A stretch of DNA of 64,000 nucleotides from positions 1 through 64,000 of the forward strand of contig RHPI01003614.1 in the NCBI GenBank assembly GCA_009103225.1, in the 5' to 3' direction. Positions 37,686-49,604 of this stretch are shown one piece after another. Position 1 is the stretch's first letter, and each line of letters starts with the position of its first letter. The stretch is from Chlorokybus atmophyticus. Taxonomy: Eukaryota > Plantae > Mesostigma and Chlorokybus algae. Below the pieces are notes generated by a model. That model was not told the DNA's origin and did no database searches. It worked only from the letters and a program-made list of their open reading frames with translations. The translations under genes and the position numbers were made by a program.

Positions 37686-39312
37686 GCACATGCGCGCGCA
37701 CGTGACACATACTAACGTCAGTGTTTTGTTTCAGTATTGTCTTGATGTTGCTGAGAATCATCAAGTTATGTGACTTCCAACCGCGCATGGGCCTTCTCAC
37801 GCGCACGCTCGACCGCGCCGCCATTGAGCTCTGCCACTTTTTCTTCGTCGCAATCCTTGTCTTTCTATGCTACGCCATGCTCGCTCTCATCGCCTTCGGT
37901 GGCACCATTCAAAACGTGAGTGTGGTATGCAGAGTCATATGTGTTCTTGTCTTTGTCCTTGTCTACACCTCATGTCGTACAAACAAGCGCCTTTGTTGTT
38001 GTTTGCAGTTTTCGCAGCTATGGCTCGCCTGCGTGACTCTCTTCCAGATGTTGCTTGGCGACACTGATGTAAGATAACATGCAAGCATGTTGGGAAGTTG
38101 CGTGCTTGTCTTGTAGCCATCAACAAGCATGGTAACAGTGACAACAATGACAACGTTGAGCGTTGTTGCAGGTGAACACCCAACTTATGCAGCAGTATGG
38201 GCTGCTGTACTTGGTCGGCGTCGTGTTCTTCTGGTCTTACATAATCCTCGTCTTCTTCATCCTTTTCAATTTCCTCATAGCCATCGTTATAGGTCAGTAC
38301 CTGGATACAGATGGCTTGCACTAGTCCCCGACATGACGGCACTGAAACAGCATAAAAACACACGTTTCTGTTGATGCAGATGCGTTTGCCGATGTGAAGG
38401 CTGATGCAAAGACCACGCGCTCGATGGGTTATGAGCTGCTGTCCATAGTGATGGACAAGTGGCGTGCGTGCTGGCGCGATTATCTTCCGGATCGCCAAGT
38501 GTATATGTATCTGCGCAGGTTACTCAGGTCCCGCACGCCTGCCATATGTGACAAGGTACTGACAACAACACAACTCTCTGTAATGCTGTGCTGCTTACAC
38601 CTCTATCTTGCACACATCAACATTATGTGTTATAACTCAATACGTAGGCTAGAGAAGCTGTTCCTGAGGATAAGTTGACTGTCGGAGAGATGACGTTGAC
38701 AAAGGCAGAGTTGGCACATGTGTTGTTCAACGCTGGCGTGGACCAAGCCCCTTCACAGGTGGGTGCTGTTGTTAGTGAATTGTTGTGTTGTTAAGTCTCA
38801 ACTTGCTATGTAGGCTATGGGTGGGTAATGTCCATAATGTGCGTTGCTCGTGTCGCACAGAGAGAGGCTGATAACCCTCAAGCTATGGCGGGAGCCATGA
38901 TATCTCGCATCAACCGGTTGCAACGCGCCAGCAAAGACACGGTGAGTTGTAATTGCTGGTGTTGTCACACTTGCTTACCAGGGTGGATTGCTTATTGAAT
39001 TGAGTGTCCATTATTCAGAGTCCAGACCCGGCGGAGATACTAGAATCATGTTTGAAGAAGATCACCGATCAGTCGCAACAAATTGAGCGATTACAACAGC
39101 AACTATCCGCAATGCAGAAAGGCGTTGAACCGATTGAGGCAGCAACAGCCACGGCGTCTGTGCGACAACAATCCGACATGCCTTATGGTGTGCTTGTGCA
39201 GTTGAATGCGCACGATGCCAACATTACTACCATCGCTGCATCACCCCACCAAGTGGTGCCGGAACGACAAGCTAATCATGGTGATGATAAGCAGCGCAAA
39301 GAGGAACACTAG
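32092..39312 (+). CDS. PKD2/polycystin-2 (TRPP)-like cation channel, copy A (5' end uncertain)
   Basis: S1 KKGYRHLMAFMLFTALYFIVLFMQR, large Cys-rich extracellular loop (CGGGVCERPYEF.G.GRFGCP, LNR-like repeat), EDAFYIDEVQTKDLYVQFVTYNG, SFWNYVD, RIIKLCDFQPRMGLLTRTL, pore CVTLFQMLLG, FILFNFLIAIV, coiled-coil C-terminus. Many GT-AG introns. Confidence 0.85.
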
Positions 39313-39387
39313 AGTTTTTAGACTTGGTTTGTATCAACTGTAGTAGCCTTATAAAATAAGATGTGAGCCATGTGGAAGGTGTCATGG

Positions 39388-39391
<4 letters not shown>

Positions 39392-39467
<76 letters not shown>

Positions 39468-39478
39468 NAGAGAGAGAG
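39392..39478. repeat. (GA)n microsatellite
   Basis: ~43 GA units (one N) between the two convergent channel genes. Confidence 0.95.
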
Positions 39479-40049
39479 GCCCTATGGCATGACTTGTACA
39501 TCTTGTCAATGCTCATTATATTGATTTCATCAATCCATCCCTACATTGTTTTACCCACCCCACCAACCCCTAAGCAGATGTACCTTCTGCATTTAGCGAC
39601 TTGGTTTGCCTGTCACCAAATATGGGCACCCTATATAAGGGCTTCCATTTATAGAATTTAGGCGGGGGCTGATATTGTAAGTACAGTGTCGTACCGACCT
39701 CGGTGGAGTCACCCTAAAATAAATTGTAATACCCGGAAGCGTTGAGTTCTTAAGCTAGCAGAGTCCCCTCATGCCTATTCTACCCAAGCATTGAGGACTG
39801 TGTCTGGTCACCATCCCCTCCCCCCCCCCCGCCCNNNNNNNNNGCCCCCTTTCCTATTTTGTCTCTTGTTGAGATGCTCTCATATATGCACATCCTCAAC
39901 AAGTAAAATTGATACGTTTTGCTTACAACTTGGTTTGGGCTATGGTGTTATAAGTGCTATTGGGCGAAGCTCAATAGGTCACCTTGGCTCACAGCTCAGC
40001 TGCCATTACTAAGTACTTTTTACTTAAACTTACTATCCAAACTTAGGTG

Positions 40050-43000
40050 TTACTCGGCGCGCTGCTCACCACCATCACGACTAGCATGCGCTTGCGGTGC
40101 CACTTGGTCGGCTGCAGTGACAGTAGTATCATTGGCATTACGTGCACCGCACTGCACATAAACTCCATATGGCGTGTTGGGTTGTCGCAACGTCGTGAGC
40201 GTTGCCGTCTCAGCGGTGTTTACGTCTTCTTGCAATGCAATGACTTGCTGCTGTAATCGCTCGATCTGATGCGACTGATCAGTAATCTTCTTCAAGCATG
40301 TTTCTAGTATACCCGACGGGTCCGGACCCTGAATGAAGGAAATTCACTAAGCAAGCAATCCACTTAGTGATACAAACCGTTACAACACCAACACTACTAC
40401 TCACCGAGGTTCTGCTGGCGCTTTGCAGCTTATTGATGCGAGATATCATCGCTGCCGCCATAGCTTGAGGATTAGCAGCCTCTCTCTGCACAACACAATG
40501 CAAGCACAACATCACCCACTCAAAGCCCACACAGCAAGCTGACACCAACACATCAATGACAGCACGCACCTGTAAAGGGGCCTGGTCCGCGCCAGCATTA
40601 AACAACACATGTGCCAACTCCTCTCGTGACAAACTCATCTCCCCGAGAGTCAACCTGTCCTTAGATAGAGCTTTTCTGGCCTGAGTGTGGACTCAACACA
40701 TTATTTGTGTGTGCGAGTTTATGTGTGAGATATAGAGGTATGAGATGCCTAAGATATAAAATATGAGTTGCGTGGTAAGCACCTTGTCACGCACGGCCGG
40801 CGTGCGCGACCTGCGCAACTTGCGCAAATACAAGTACATTTGGCGATCCGGAAGATAGTTTGAGCGGAAGTAATTGCGCCAGTACGCACGCCACTTGTCC
40901 ATGATTATGAACAACAGCTCGTGACCCATCGAGCGCGTGCATTTTGCATCGGCCTTCACATCGGCAAACGCATCTGCAATGAGGTAAATATGACTGGTGC
41001 GCAAAATCCATCATGTGGACTGCAAGCAACAGCTAGTTGTGTTGATACTGACCGATGACGATGGCTATGAGAAAGTTGAAAAGGATGAAGAACACAAGGA
41101 TAATGTATGACCAGAAGAACACTACGCCAACCAAGTACATAAGTCCATTCTGTTGCATCAGTGGGTTGTTCACCTGCAGCACACAGTCTTGTTACTCAGT
41201 ACCAAGATTGCTGCCACAATCAGTGGTGGCAATAACACAAACACACACGACATGCCGACTTGCTTGCAGTGACACTTACATCAGTATCTCCAAGCAGCAT
41301 CCGGAAGAGAGTCACGCAGGCGAGCCATAGTTGAGAAAACTGCAGATCAAGTTGCCGCTTTAATTTCAATGCAGGATAAGGCACGCGAAGCAACAAGCGC
41401 GTATACACACACACACACACACACTAACTCACGTCTTGAATGGTTTCGCCAAAGGCAATGAGAGCGAGCATGGCGTAGCATAGAAAGACGAGAATTGCCA
41501 AGAAGAAGAAGTGGCCAAGGTCGACAGCCGCGCGGACAAGCGTGCGTGTGAGCAGTCCCATACGAGGTTGAAAGTCACATAGCTTGAGTGTTCTCAACAA
41601 CATCAAGACAATACTGAAACACATACGTTAGTTCAGGATGCGTTTGTTACGTAACACGCACACACGCACACGAACTTGATGCTGTTGACGGCGAGGTAGA
41701 AGCGCCACGTCCTGGCAAGCATGTTGACTTTTGCGAGCATTGCCACAAAGTCCTGCAAGCCTTGTCCATTCGCATTAAGCTTCAGCGCGTGCGGCCCGAA
41801 GCGGTTCGACCCCGTCGCGGCGTATATGTTGTAGAAGACCGGTGTGTCAAAGCGTGTGGCGTACTGAAGGACAAATGTGACCCACGTGACGACGGCGGTG
41901 AAGAGCAGCGCGATGGAGGCTGCATCAACATAGTTCCAGAAGCTGCGATAGTGTGCGAGGAGTGACCCTTTCTTCACCCACGTGCGGTATATATCTGATC
42001 CCTCAAAGTACACCTCTGCGCATATGCACATCAGCAATACCAGCTCCAACGCCTGCATAGACATGGGGACATATGTTGATGTGTAAGTGCGGCTGTTGTG
42101 TGGTGCGGTATCAAGTTGACTTACCGCACGGATGCACGCGGTAGTGCTATCGTAACGCTCGACAGACACTGAGACTATGTATGGATTGATTGATATGCTC
42201 CCGCCATCGTTGAAACCAAAATTTACCCTAAAACTGGTGAAGAGTTGCAGAATCACTGTGTCACGGAAACAAGCAAGGGAGTCAGTAAGTCGAGGAGACA
42301 ACATGCAACATACAAGGATACCTTACCGTTGTATGTAACAAAATGCATGTAGAGGTCTTTGGTCTGGACTTGGTCAAGGAAGAAGCCGTCCTCAAGGTAA
42401 TCAACAAACCTGTGTGGATGCATTAGCTTAGCTTGCTGGTGATAATGTATGCATGCATGTTGTGTATCTACCAAGCAAGCCTTAACAGAAAGTATAAACA
42501 GCAAACACACACCTTGCGGCCTCTTCTGCGTTGAGGTCGATCGCCACTACTGCCGGGAACCCAACTGGTCTCAATTTGTTCTGCAAGCAGTTGGATTAGA
42601 TATGTCTGTGCTTGTGTGTGCGCGTGTTGGGAAGAGGGAAAATCATATATTTACCACTGCAGGCATTGGGAAGAAGCCGAACGGGACCCCATGTTTGCTC
42701 ATGTCGCCCGGACTGCAACAAAGAACTCGCATTGGTATCTATTAAGAAGAACAAAAACAGCCAATGCAGCACATTAAGTTACTATGCCGTGCACGCCCTC
42801 GCTTCAGCTTCATTGCACGTATGTATGTGTGCGTACATGTTGGTACCAAAACTTGCAATTGACTCGCCTGTAGTACTTCTGGGGATCCCTGGCTGCAGCC
42901 TCAATATAAAACTTGCTACTCCTCACAAACACTGGTGGCGGATCCAATGTGAAGTTAGCACACGTTGACAGCACACACAAACACGCGCGGACACGTTTTC

Positions 43001-46000
43001 AACATGTGTACCAGGGTCGGCACCATACGGGTTGTTGTCGGCCTCACGTAAGCGGCATTGCGCGTTGGGGAGAAGTTGAGCAAATCTACTGTCTGAGCAG
43101 TTGTCGCGTTGGTATCGCGTGGTGTGAAGCAGGATGCCTGCCAGGATGCGGTTGGTGAGGCCGACAACGTACGTGGTAGCGTTGGTGGCATTGTTGCCGG
43201 ACAAGCCCACGTCGTCGTGCACGTAGTTGTTGAACCCGAATGGGAATGAGAGGGGTGCGTGGGCGTCGCTTGCAACCAAATTGCAGCATGCCAAATCTGG
43301 AACAACCAGCGCATGAGCATCTTTCTCAACAAGACTTGTGAAACAGCACTCGCGCACGCGCGTGAGTATGTGTGCGCACGCACGCACAAACCAACGTACC
43401 GCTGCCATTGAGAGGCCACCTGAGAGAGCAGCAGTCCTGTGCACCAGAAGTTTCATACGTGTTGGCTCACACATGGCATGGACAGGCACAACCCACCAGC
43501 AGCTACACCTCACCTCAAAATCATTACCGCAATTGGGGTCCAAGCAGCTGGGCTGGCAGATGGCGTCGCCTGCATTTTGCCACTGGCAGTAGTCTTTTGG
43601 ATCACCGTTCACCACAGGTGCCCTGCAATAATCTGCAACAGAGAGAACAGGACACACACACACCTTCATTCTTCCTCACTCCAGCCCAAGCACATGTGTG
43701 GATGGCTTTGTGAGCTATCCCACAAAACAAGTTGCAATTACCATCAGGACGGTGGCCTGGATAGTTGATGCGGTCGTAATAAGCGGCTGGACACCCGAAT
43801 AAAGGGTCAGAAGGGTCCTCTAGCGTTCCGTTTGCGCCAGGAATGTTGAGATACTGCAGAATGGGCTGCCGCGCCTACACAGATGTGTTTGTATGTGTGC
43901 GTGCACACGCGTGTGTGTGATTGTTTGTGTATCCGCTTTTGACTGACATCAACAGCAATGATGTTGGCGCGTACGATCAGGCATAATGCGTGGTTGCTGA
44001 TGACGGTGACGTTAGGGAACAAACGTAGGGAGGTGCACATCCCCTGCACGCAGTGTTGATAGATGTCCTCCGGGCTCGCCGTGACGTTGCCGGGACAACG
44101 CAAGAAGCACGCCTTGACCCGCGAGCACCCTTTCTCGCAATTAGTTATTGTGCTCCCGCAGTACTGCCAACGCGCCGCTATCTCAGCGTCTGTCTCAAAG
44201 TCGTCACTAATGGTTATCACGTTCAGGTCAACATAGTCAAAGTCGGTCACCAACGATGTTGATGTTGTTGCAATGCCTGCCAAGGTGGCTGTGTCAACAA
44301 GATGGACCATTTCAAGGCGAATGTGTGCAGGCACACAATGACGGTGTCATCGTACCCACGGCAATGCCGGTAACATTTGCAGGTGAAATAAGGACTTGGC
44401 CTTTCACGCCGCCACCTGACAGACAGATAAATTCACACAGACACGCACGCACGCACGCACGCAAACACATACTTGAGAACTGTGTCTCGCCTGCTTGCAC
44501 TATTGTATGAGGGCTTCAGCAAGCCGTACCAGGTGCAAGCAAGCAGACGGTGTAGTTGCCATCAATCATGAACCTGTCATAGCACATTGAGTTGACAGTT
44601 GTATGTGTACCTTGCATTGTCACACACACACATACAGGTTATTCAATCAATATCACGTGAGAATGCTTGCTTACAGAGTAGTCGTCTGCGTCCCCATCAA
44701 CCTACCAGCGCTGAAGTTGTAAGGAGTACTGAACCTGTGCACTCAAGTGGTTAATTCTGGACATGTTGCATACACAACAGTCAGTCAACGCCGCATTGCA
44801 GTTACCAGCATTTTGTGTTGGGGTCTGTCATGGAGGACAAGGAACAGTCATCCGGCGCGCTGCACAACATATGAGGCTGTTTTGACACGCACATGCTCGT
44901 GCAAACAGCATCCTTCATGATTGCTGTGTCAACATTCTGCTCACCACAAGTTCCAGAAAGAGCGCGACTGATCAGTTGTGGTACGAAAGTTGAAGCCGAA
45001 TCTAACGGTGACGTTGGTAAGACAGCGAGACCACCCACAATCCTACAGACCGCACAACCGTCATTGAGCTGTAAACATTCGATTATAACTATGAACCACT
45101 TGCCTCTGGACAGCCGAAGCGACCGTAGCCTTTGAACTCGTATGGTTGCTCGCACACGCCACCCCCACACACGGGGTTTGTGAACGTGCGCACCAACATG
45201 CCCCTCACCCTTTGAACACACATGACGCTGCTGTTGCTGTTGTTGTTATGGATATTTGTGATCAGCAGCACGAAAGACTGTCGACAATACCAGGCATGGA
45301 GGCTGGCCGTGTCCTGAAACTCTTTGAGGATGTTGCCGTTGCCATCGGTTGGCAGCAGTGTTGATATCGTGCTGTTGACTCCGTAAACAACTGACGCATC
45401 CCTGTAAAATACCCACATGTTGTGGTTGCGCATCTTCATGTGTCGTGGGGGAAACAATATGCTCACCTCTGCATGAACAGCACAACAAAGTAGAGTCCCG
45501 TGAACAGCATGAAACCGATGAGATGCCTGTAACCCTTTTTACGCAAGTCCCACTCTTCGAACTGTTGCATCAAAGCATTTCAGTTGCTTGAAGCACCTGA
45601 TTGAAAATGTGTGGATGATGATATGCACCTGTGCATGCACAGTGGTGAGGACTTCATCAGTCGATCGTGCATGCCCGTCCTCAGCAATAGCATCATCGGC
45701 CTGGGCGGCCTCAACTGCCACTTCACCACCGCCCTGCTTGCTTGAGCTTGCTGCCTGTTGTTATAGCTGGCAACGTTGCTGTTGTTGTTAATGATATGGC
45801 AAAGGTGCCAGCGGTGATGACGACAGCGCCGACAATAGCAACACTTGTGATTGTGTATTGTTGTGGCTGTGGCTACCTTCTGTGACGTGCCACAACAGTG
45901 AAAACACTAACAGCGACAGGCCACCGCAACAGCCACAGCAGCTCAGACGAAGCCGGTGCCAACCGCAACACCAACAACAAATCAACAGCAACAGCAGTAC

Positions 46001-46700
46001 TAGCAACACAAGGCGACGAGCAAGCTGTTGCTTGATTCTGTTCTGCTACTGTTGGCATTGCTGTTGCTGTTGTTGTCGTTGTGACTGAACTATTGCTGCT
46101 ATCAGAGTGATACGTACCAGTGAATGCAATATCACAGGTTGCTTCCAATGCATCGCGCATATGCACCTTTGAAGCGAATGTGGCATGTGCAGTAAGATGG
46201 CAAAGCATTGCGCCAGTGTCACAAAGCTGGCAGTGCAGCTGGCTGCTGCAGTCATGCTGCGCCTCAACTAATTGATTGATGGTTGACTAACCACTGAAGC
46301 ACATGCGTGTATGCCGGTTGATAACGCTTGCGCAGCAGATAAAAATGCTCTAAGACAGCCACGAAACCCTAACCCTGACGCGACACACAGCAGCACAGAC
46401 TCGCTGTTGCTGTTGCTGTGGTCGTGGCTCTCAACCCTTGCAAGCAAAGCTTGGTGCCGCCTGTGATAAAAAGAGTCGGCCACTGGTGTGGCACCACTGG
46501 TGTGACAGCTCCTCAGACCAGCGGACTACATGCACACAGACACCCACAGCTGATAGACACAGCTGATAGACATAGCTGGATAGCTGGAGGCATGCGCTGC
46601 TAGCGGCAATGCAAATACTCTTGTACAACTGTGCAAGCAGCTTGCAGTCTGCTCGGCTCAACTCAGCCCACCCAACTTACCATCAGGCGCTGTTCCTCGA
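40050..46700 (-). CDS. PKD2/polycystin-2 (TRPP)-like cation channel, copy B, inverted paralogue (5' end uncertain)
   Basis: Same exon series and motifs on the minus strand (SFWNYVDAASIALLF, LKLCDFQPRMGLLTRTL, CVTLFRMLLGDTD, CQWQNAGDAICQPSCLDPNCGND). Diverged at many positions, so not an assembly duplicate. Confidence 0.85.
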
Positions 46701-46866
46701 CGTCACATTACGGCACAAGCGCCACCGACGCATGCAGTGCTTCTGCGACCCACGACACGGGCGCTGCCTCTTCCGCCGCCGCCCAGCTAAGCCCAGCGTT
46801 GTACGGCGTTGCATGCCGCAGCGGCTTGGCAAGCATGTGACGGGAACGGGATCGGGCGAGCCGGGT

Positions 46867-48035
46867 CTACCTTAGCACACTTGAGGACTGCCAGTCGTTC
46901 TGGGCGGAACAGGTGTACACGTAGCACAACATGTAGCCAGCAGCAGACCTGTCTACCACATGGTAAATAGCAGACTTCTTGCTGCACATGTTTCCTGAAC
47001 CAATATACAACCACCCATTTGAAAAGGGCCCTTTGCACTCTGCCTCCGCATCTGATGTCTCAACTTTGTGTATGAGGGCCTCACACAAAAGAATAAAGTC
47101 TTTCCATGTAATGACACCACTCACTTACTTGCTAGTCAACTTTGTGTATGAGGGCCTCACCAACTTACACACAAGCACAAGAACTGATGCACAACACACT
47201 TTAATGCAGCACCTCGCGGAGGGGAGATACAGCATTAGTGTCCGGTATGAGAGGATGACCGCCAGCCCTCCAACAGCTCCCACACACGCTAAAGTGCAGT
47301 CACCAACCAATGCCACACACTCACACCACTAGGGATGAGGGGGAGAGCCCCTTCAACAGCTACAACCAGGCACCCCACACCTAAGTGGCCCTCGAGTGGT
47401 GAACACGCTCTGATCTCTAATCAAGGTAGCAACTGACGTTTGATACCGCTTGCCGCTCTCCCATCTGGCACACAGCATTTCCAAGGCCTTGTCATTGTGT
47501 GCTGACCTTTCAGCACATGCTGACTGTGTCCACATAAGGCATGTCCCATCATAGGACATCAACCTCGGGATTATCAAATCTTGAGATTGTCAAACACAGG
47601 ACATGAGAGGGGGAGACGTCCGGACAGGGGAAGCCAAGCCTAAGGATTAAATAAATGGTCCGGGGAGGCAGGCCGAGGCGTAGTGGATTGCTGAGAAACG
47701 TGGTGTGAAGATGGAGCAGTGCGAATGCGATCCCTGGGCTCGCGGGGAGGCTGTCTAACCTCCGCATGCAGCTTGAAGAATGGGCAGCGCGACTCCGTGT
47801 GGCCCTTTACACTGCACAATCCGCATGGCCGGTGAAGGGGAGAGCTCGAGGTGAGGATGTCGATGGCGAAGGTAATCATCCTCCCCTCCGATTGCACCGA
47901 AAAGCAGAGCTTACGCGGGAGAGAAGCACCTGTCTTCAGGACCGAGCGGCAACGAGCCTCTGTGCCTGGCGAGGTGGAGATAGAGGGGCCCCAAGTTCTG
48001 GCGAGAGGGGCGCCCATCACACCATATGGGGCCAT
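46867..48035 (-). mobile_element. Degenerate non-LTR (L1/Tx1-like) retrotransposon remnants
   Basis: CCHC knuckle CGLCSVKGHTESRC in 47640-48035. Downstream WKDFILL..FSNGW fragment resembles a LINE C-terminus. Many stops. Confidence 0.35.
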
Positions 48036-48319
48036 AGCTGCTGGAAGAAAGGAAAGAAAAGAGGAGAGGAGCAGGGAAAGGATATTCAGTCCTTCACTTC
48101 ATTAACGTCCTCCTAACGACGGACCTTGACGTTGGAGCCTAGCCATCGTGCGAGAGAGTCCCGAAGCATGCCTCCAAAGAACCATGGAAGAACCTGTCGA
48201 GGAGAGAAGACAACATGAACCTCCCAGGCAGCAAGACAGTGCACAAATGTGTGTAACGGGACCGAGGCATCGTCCGCCCACTGACTCTATCCACAATAGG
48301 CGACTACAGCGAATTGTTG

Positions 48320-48548
48320 GGTCGAGGAGAGTCAAGGGTCACGCTGTCTCGGGCCGCTGCAGGGAAAGACATGCTTGCTAGCCCTGTTGCTGCAACATGT
48401 TGTAACGTGTAGCAAAAGCAAAAGATAATCTAGCTCGTATGGCGACGAGTGCTTGATGGAGCTACTCCGCTGTTGCTGAATGGCGTGGATATGTGGAGGC
48501 GGTGTCCTTATTAGTGTACATGCTGTAGGACACACAGTCACCAAGCCA
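48320..48548 (-). repeat. LTR-like repeat, copy B
   Basis: ~230-bp diverged direct repeat of 49162-49394 with the same TG start boundary on the minus strand. Confidence 0.7.
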
Positions 48549-49161
48549 CTACTATGGGTAGCGCTTTACACAGTTCTTTGCACGAGCGGAAAATGTGTTA
48601 CACTGGTAAGTGAGGTGAATGAGCGAGCAACACGTGGATACTATGCCCTAACTAATGCCAACAAGCACACTGCAACCATGCACACCAAGCTCACAGCAAT
48701 GACAGGCACGATGCACTCGAGCATGCACAGGCTCTCACATGGTGAGGGGTTTCTTGATAACCGGGACGGTGTGTTCGTAGTTCAAGTCGCTTGATAAGCT
48801 CTTAGCTTTCTCACTCATGTGATGACAGTGTTACCAGCTGATCCGGTAAACACCGTGACTACTTATACAAGTTAAATCATGACTGTTCTGAACATAAGCT
48901 AACGATCATATCAAGGCTATTTCCACAGCAATCCCCACTCGATGTAGAACACAACTTATAAACCTGAACTAACAACTAAACAGCTACGCGCGGTGCCTAT
49001 GTAGGCTATGGTCATGAGCTACTCCAGAGTAATGACCTAGCTACTGGTCAGTGACGCGCGCGAGTTGGTATGCTTGTAGGCCAGGCGATGGTTTCGATAT
49101 ATGCATGCTCGAAGAAGGCTGGCGTATACCAATACGCGAACAATAGGCATGTTAGCTGTCT

Positions 49162-49394
49162 GGTCGAGGAGAGTCGAGGGTCACGCTGTCTCGAGCCGCT
49201 GCAGGGAAGTACATACTTGCTAGCCCTGTTGCAACATGTTGTAACGTGTAGCAAAAGCAAAAGATAACTCAGCTCGTATGGCGACGAGTGCTTGATGGAG
49301 CTGCTTCGCTGTCGCTGAATAGTGTGGATATGTGTGGAGGCAGTGTCCTCCTTAATGTACATGCTGTGCTGTAGGACACACAGTTATCCAGCCA
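49162..49394 (-). repeat. 3' LTR (partial) of the Gypsy element
   Basis: On the minus strand it follows the PPT-like AGAGGGGG (49395-49402) and begins TG. Confidence 0.65.
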
Positions 49395-49478
49395 CCCCCT
49401 CTGAGCTTCTGAGGAGGTTCCAGCTCCAGAGCTCAGTTGCTAACGCAAGTGAGGAGGGCCGTTAACGCGGCTGTCGTC

Positions 49479-49604
49479 GCACCTGTACTCCTCCATGGGT
49501 ATTGCGTCCAATGGGGGCTCCAGACAGTAGCAATGCAGGCCCTTGTTACAGCCATCGCAGAGCATCCTGAGTGCGTCGTCGCTGGCGCTGCCGCAACGTT
49601 CATA
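49479..49604 (-). other. PHD finger at the integrase C-terminus (partly degenerate)
   Basis: YERCGS...MLCDGCNKGLHCYCLEPPLDAIPMEEYRC fits C4HC3 with the first and last Cys lost. In frame with the integrase ORF 49440-50282. Confidence 0.8.

Noticed and set aside
39816-39850. Poly-C/N tract at the centre of the PKD2 inversion as a structural element
   Set aside because: It contains an assembly gap, so the true sequence and length are unknown.
47060-47160. 25-bp direct repeat as a target-site duplication
   Set aside because: It flanks only 51 bp and is more simply a local duplication within a decayed LINE.
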